In this document: piece by piece, positions 59,101 to 64,000 of the stretch
How the letters are laid out: each line of letters starts with the position of its first letter
How positions within the stretch are numbered: the first letter of the stretch is position 1
Assembly (NCBI GenBank): GCA_963693365.1
Contig: CAVNZM010000004.1
Span: 1,547,449-1,611,448, forward strand
Origin: Amoebidium appalachense
Lineage: Eukaryota > Protista > Ichthyosporea
Length of the DNA stretch: 64,000 nt
Direction: 5' to 3'
Program-made: the position numbers and the translations under genes
The notes under the pieces: model-generated
The model's database searches: none
What the model was told of the DNA's origin: nothing
What the model saw: only the letters and a program-made list of their open reading frames with translations

Positions 59101-60295
59101 CCGGATATCCTGGTGGATAAGCTTGCTAACCATCACCGTATGCTGAATCTGCAGGAAATACAAATACCCGTATTTGCTGTTCAATGATGTGGAGTTTAGC
59201 CCCTACTTCAGGGCTGAAATCGAGAAACTGGTGTCCACTCCGGTCACCTATGTCAAAGTTAATCCCCAGTACTGGGAACCTCCTTCGTTTGTCAACATCA
59301 CAAAGGTAAGTACCTTCTAGGGGTTTTCGTGGTGTGTGTGTGTGTGTACCAGGGGGGCGGAGAGGGAATGTGTGTGTTTGTGTGCTTGTTTGTGTTTGTG
59401 TGTGTGTGCGTGTGTGTGTGTGTGGGCGGGCGGGCGGGCGGGCGGGCGGGCGGGCGGGCGGGCGGGAGGGCGGGCAAGCGGGCATGCATGCGTGTGTGTA
59501 TGTGTGTGTGTGTGTGTGCATGTGTGTGTGTGTGCGTGCGTGCCTAAGTGTGTGTGAAAGTGTGTTTGTTGGGGTGGCTGTAGTAAAGATGGAGTTAGCA
59601 TTGAACACGATGATGAATGTGATGGATGAGCTAGCATTAATTCGCTTACTCGGGTATCGGTGGCCAATCAGCGATCGTGACCTTATTTTTTAACCAAATA
59701 AAGCTATTCGGGAAATCAAGGTATTGATCTGATTGGTGTTTCCGTGAATTTGGGAGCTGGAGTTTCGAGTCGGATTGGTTCGACTTAGTAGGAAACTTTT
59801 TGCTTCCGGCAGAAAGTTTCGCAAATCGCCGAATTTTATTTTTATACCTTAAGCAATCGGCAGAGACTTTGTTCACCCTGGAAAGCCGAGTGTACAGGGG
59901 TGCTACACTAATAGCGCGAGGGTCGATTCGCGAAGACTTAGACGGATTCAGTCGGATGCGCCTCTCTATAAAATCTCGAAATTCCAGAGGCTCAACGCAC
60001 TTTCTAGCCCGACCCGATATTGCCGATCGGAACGAAATTACGTAATCCGGTTTAAACCAATCAATAAGTCAATGACGTCATGAAATAAACAAATTTGGCT
60101 GCTTTTGAATTTCTATTAATTCAATCGGGTCACACCAATCAGAGTCGGCGAACAGCAAGCGAATTCATGCTGCATGAGCTGTGATCGGATGTAAAATTGC
60201 ACAGAAGGGAACTGTCTGCTGGGTCCCCCAGGGGCAAATTCACTTCAACTTTTCGTTCTCCCCCTCCCCCCCCCCCCTCTTTTTTTTTTTTTTTT

Positions 60296-60326
<31 letters not shown>

Positions 60327-60690
60327 GGGGGAGGGGGGCGTGGGGCAGGGGGGGGAGGGGGGAGTGGGGAGGGAGAGGGGGTGGAGGGAGGCCAGGAGCA
60401 GAGTTGGACACAAAAGTTGGAGCGGAAGGCACAACAGGGCCAATGTCCCACATGCACTACCGTGCTGAGCATGTTAGGGTATACACAGTACTGGCAGAAG
60501 ATTCCACGTCTCTGGAGCAAGTCCGTACAGATCCTGTTGTTGCAAACATTGAGTCCAGGCGGTAAATTTCTTGGTTTCTTGTGCGTGGGGCTGATTATTG
60601 TGTGCACAGGCGCAGGAGGAGATGAAGAAGATGGAGGAGGCTCGGGTCATGTATGGCGGCAGCTTCTCCTACCGAAAGATGTGCAGGTGG

Positions 60691-60724
<34 letters not shown>

Positions 60725-61600
60725 CCTCCCTCTGACAAAGGAAGAGGGGAGGAGGGGGGCGAAGAAGGAGGGGGAGTACCACGACCGTCCCTGCTGTTTG
60801 GAAGGTTTTTTTGCCCTGCCACCCCACCCGTATCTTTGTTCATCGATGTTACATTCCCCCCTTCTCCCCCCCCCCCCCCCCCCCCCCCCCCCCAGTCCCC
60901 CCGCCCCGCCACCCCAACCCCCACCCCCATTCCCACCTTTTCGAGAGACCTAGTGCTAATCTCACTCGTCTTTCCCTCCCTCCCTCCCTCCCTACCCACG
61001 CCATTGTTTTTTGCGTCTCAAATGTCACCACGTTTCCCCCTTGCAGGTTCTTTAGCGGCACCATGTTCCAGCACCCCGAGCTGCTCAAGTACGACTACTA
61101 CTGGCGGCTGGACAGCAGCAACGTCAAGTTCCACTGCCGCATGGACTTTGACCCGTTTGTGTACCTGATGGACAGGAACATGGTCTACTCGTTCACCATC
61201 ATATTGCATGAGTTCCAGAACACGTGCCCAACACTGTGGCAGACGACAGTCGAGTATGTGTGTGTTGTGTTGAATCTTATACTTTTCTACTTGCTTCACT
61301 CTTGGATGTTGTATGGCTGAGCATTTTCACCTATCGATCTTGCCCCCCCCGGTTCCTGTATCGCCCCCTTCCCCTTCTTCCCGAATCTCGGTTCCACCTC
61401 CTTACCCGTTTTTATTCATAACACGGCTTGAGGGAAGGGGGGGGGGGGGGGGGGGAGAGGGGGTGATGCTTGTGATGACACCTGCCTGTGTGGTGTTTTT
61501 TCTTTTTTGTTTTCTTCTGTCCTTTTTTTGTTGGTGTGTGCATACGTGTGCATGTGCATGTGTGTGTGTGTGTGTGTATGTGTGTGTGTGTGTTTGTGTG

Positions 61601-61639
<39 letters not shown>

Positions 61640-61991
61640 GGGGGGGGTTGATGGCTGCGGCATGGGCAGAGGCCGGCAATGGGGCAGTAAGATCTTTCTT
61701 TCTTTCTTTTTTACATTTCTTCTAGTTAGTGGAACAATTAGTCTTTGAAGGCCTCTCATCATGGAAGTGAACTTACTAAACGACTACTCCACACAGCTAT
61801 CTGAACGAGAAGGGGTCGGCAGTGCCTGGCATGTGGATGAATTGGTTCACTGACAACGGCAAGGCTTTCAACGGCCATCATTTCTGGTTTTTACCCCCCC
61901 CCCCCCCCCCCCCCCTGTGCCGTTGCACCCCACTCCCACCTGTCCCTGTTGTGCTGACAACGAGGAATAAAATATAGCTGAATGGGAACGG

Positions 61992-62034
<43 letters not shown>

Positions 62035-63640
62035 ATCCCCCGCCCCCCTCGCAGTGGTGATAAAATAGGCAAGCAAAAGCGAGGCTGGATGTAGTTTGAT
62101 TTAGGTAAACCAGTTAAGCAAGTTGGTGTGCCAGAGTTGCTACTGATAGTCCATGTTTTTACTGCGGTGGTCTGCATGGACGAAGAAAGGGGGGGGAGGG
62201 GGGGGGGGGGAGGGGGAAGGGGGGAAGGAGGGGAAGGGGTAGGCTGATATTATTAGGCGGGGTTGGGGGTTTTGGGTGGGTGGGTGGTGGTGGTGGTGTG
62301 GGGCGGCGGTGGCGGGGGGGGGGTGCAAAAGGGGGGATGAGGAGGGGGGCGGGGGGGCTACATGCAATGTCTGCACGGTTGAAGTTGGTGTTGTTTTCAG
62401 TTGGTTTCCGAGATCAACCCTCGTTTTTTATGTTCACAGGAGCAACTTTGAGATTGGCAGTGTCAAGTTCTTTGCGGGGCCACAGTACCAAGACTACTTC
62501 AACTATCTGGACAAGACCGGTGGTTTCTTCTATGAGCGATGGGGGGATGCCCCGGTGCACTCCCTTGGCCTCGGGCTGTATGCAAAGAAGGAGGAGGTAC
62601 GTTTAGTATTTGTTTTTGTGAGAGGGGTTTTGGTAGGTGGGTGGGTGGTTAGTGGTGTATGCACGGGTGTGGGCTTACGTGCACGCACATGAGTGCTTGC
62701 GTGCTTGCATGCATACCTGCGTGTTTGGGTGAATCTTTTTTTTTGGGGGGGGGGGGAGGGGGGGGGGGGGAGGGGGGAGGGGGGGGAGGGGGCCGATAGG
62801 ATAAGGGGGTGGAAGGAGGCTTGTAGTCAAGTTCCAAAAACGTAATGCCGACACAACAGCACGTTTCAGAAGTTGCGGCATGGTACATCTCCTTGTTTCC
62901 CTTCAGGGTTTTGATGATTTTCTGACGGCCCTTTTTTTTTGTATGCAGGTGCATTGGTTCAACGAGATTGGCTATTCCCATGCGCCGTTTACGCACTGCC
63001 CCAACCAGCCCCAGATGATGGACCGCTGTGACTGTTTCACCGGCAACCTGGTCGATGACATCCGTACGTATCCCCCATTCCCTTCCCCCCCCCCCCCCCC
63101 CCCCCCCCCCCCCACTCCGCCCTCCCTCTCTGTCTGGAGGACACAGACTCGCGTACATCTCCACACACACACGCGGATAGCCATACGCATATGCACAGGC
63201 ATCCACATAGTGCCCGTGCAGGGATACGCATCTGTGTGTGCACGCACACACGAGCCGGCACACGCAGACAAGATTGTTCATACATATGCTGGCACTTTGG
63301 ACGCACACCATTGGAGTCTGCGCGCGGCCTCAACCGGACGTAAGAAGCTCACGGGTCGGTAGGTGTAGGCTATACGTGTTTTTGAGGCTGAAGGGGAGTT
63401 GTGAGGCTGTTGGGGGGGGGGAGGGGGGGGTTTGTGAAGCAAGGGGGGGGGGGGGTTAGAAAGGCCGTTTTTATGAAAATCAAGTGACCATTGGGTGGAT
63501 TCACAGCGTTTTCGGGGCTGCACGACTTCTTGATCCTGCAGCCCAGGACGCTCAACCAGAGCAGAGAGGATGCAAATGCGGTCGTGCAGGAACTACGCAC
63601 CATGCTGGCTGATGCTAAGGACTGCGCCAAGCCCTGGGAG
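57296..63640 (+). CDS. Glycosyltransferase family 15 (KRE2/MNT1-like alpha-1,2-mannosyltransferase), type II membrane protein; 3'-partial
   Basis: Exons 57296-57771, 59155-59305, 60610-60686, 61047-61253, 61797-61886, 62440-62596, 62949-63063, 63507-63640, phases consistent. N-terminal anchor [15 protein letters not shown]; motifs [91 protein letters not shown]. Confidence 0.92.
59633..60171. mobile_element. Non-autonomous TIR element with ~9-bp target-site duplication (Mutator-like), in GT15 intron 2
   Basis: TIRs agcattaattcgcttact / reverse complement agcatgaattcgcttgct (16/18); flanks ggatgagct (59624-59632) and gcatgagct (60172-60180), 8/9 identical; complex-sequence island within a microsatellite-rich intron. 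Confidence 0.65.
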
Positions 63641-64000
63641 GTAATTACCCTCCCTTCCCATGATGCATACACACTGTGTGCTTTTTGCAGTCTTCGTTGC
63701 TGTGTAGGCTACTTCCCCCCCTTTTTTTTTGCCTGATGCATACTCTGTATGTGTGCCTTCCGAATCTTCGTCGTTATGTCCGGTACTTCCCCTCCCTCTT
63801 TCCGAATGCATGCATACTTTGCATGTGTACTTTGCAATCTCGACGCTGTTTCATCCTGCATGAATGTGTGCTTCGAACCCTATAACCCACTCTCAGCAGC
63901 CTCCCCCCCTCTCCCCCCCTCTCCCACCCTTCCTTCTCTAGTGAGAGAACAACAACGAAAAAAGGGGAAAAGGCAAAGCAAGCTGGGTCGTCTGGAACCC

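Noticed and set aside
60438-60561. Exon-like stretch (cag|...|gtaaat) in GT15 intron 2
   Set aside because: 124 nt would break the frame, and the GT15 motifs are continuous without it

Overview
Intron-rich eukaryotic genomic DNA whose introns are saturated with poly-C/poly-G, (CA)n/(GT)n and (CT)n tracts, so almost all listed ORFs are repeat noise. The gene content (fungal-type GT15 and ThrE/Prm10 together with animal-type midnolin-like Ubl, KCTD-BTB, SAM and LRR-BC-box features) suggests a unicellular opisthokont, possibly an ichthyosporean; this is inference only. Splicing exons by hand, with all intron phases closing, gives six genes. (1) A 5'-truncated protein with a midnolin-like Ubl C-terminus, a coiled coil and a KCTD-type BTB domain. 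(2) A receptor-like protein with a Cys-rich head, Thr mucin stalk, hexapeptide left-handed beta-helix, TM helix and cytoplasmic SAM domain; it has a GC-AG intron and an apparent in-frame TGA. (3) An intronless LRR protein with a BC-box/Cul-box and Cys tail. (4, 5) An ~18-kb tandem duplication of a ThrE/DUF1212 transporter gene with a long disordered tail, whose second copy is a pseudogene. (6) A 3'-truncated KRE2/GT15 mannosyltransferase. Also present are two TIR-bounded non-autonomous elements, a ~240-bp foldback, several minisatellites and a Pol III A/B-box-like unit. No database searches were possible; family calls rest on recalled motifs.
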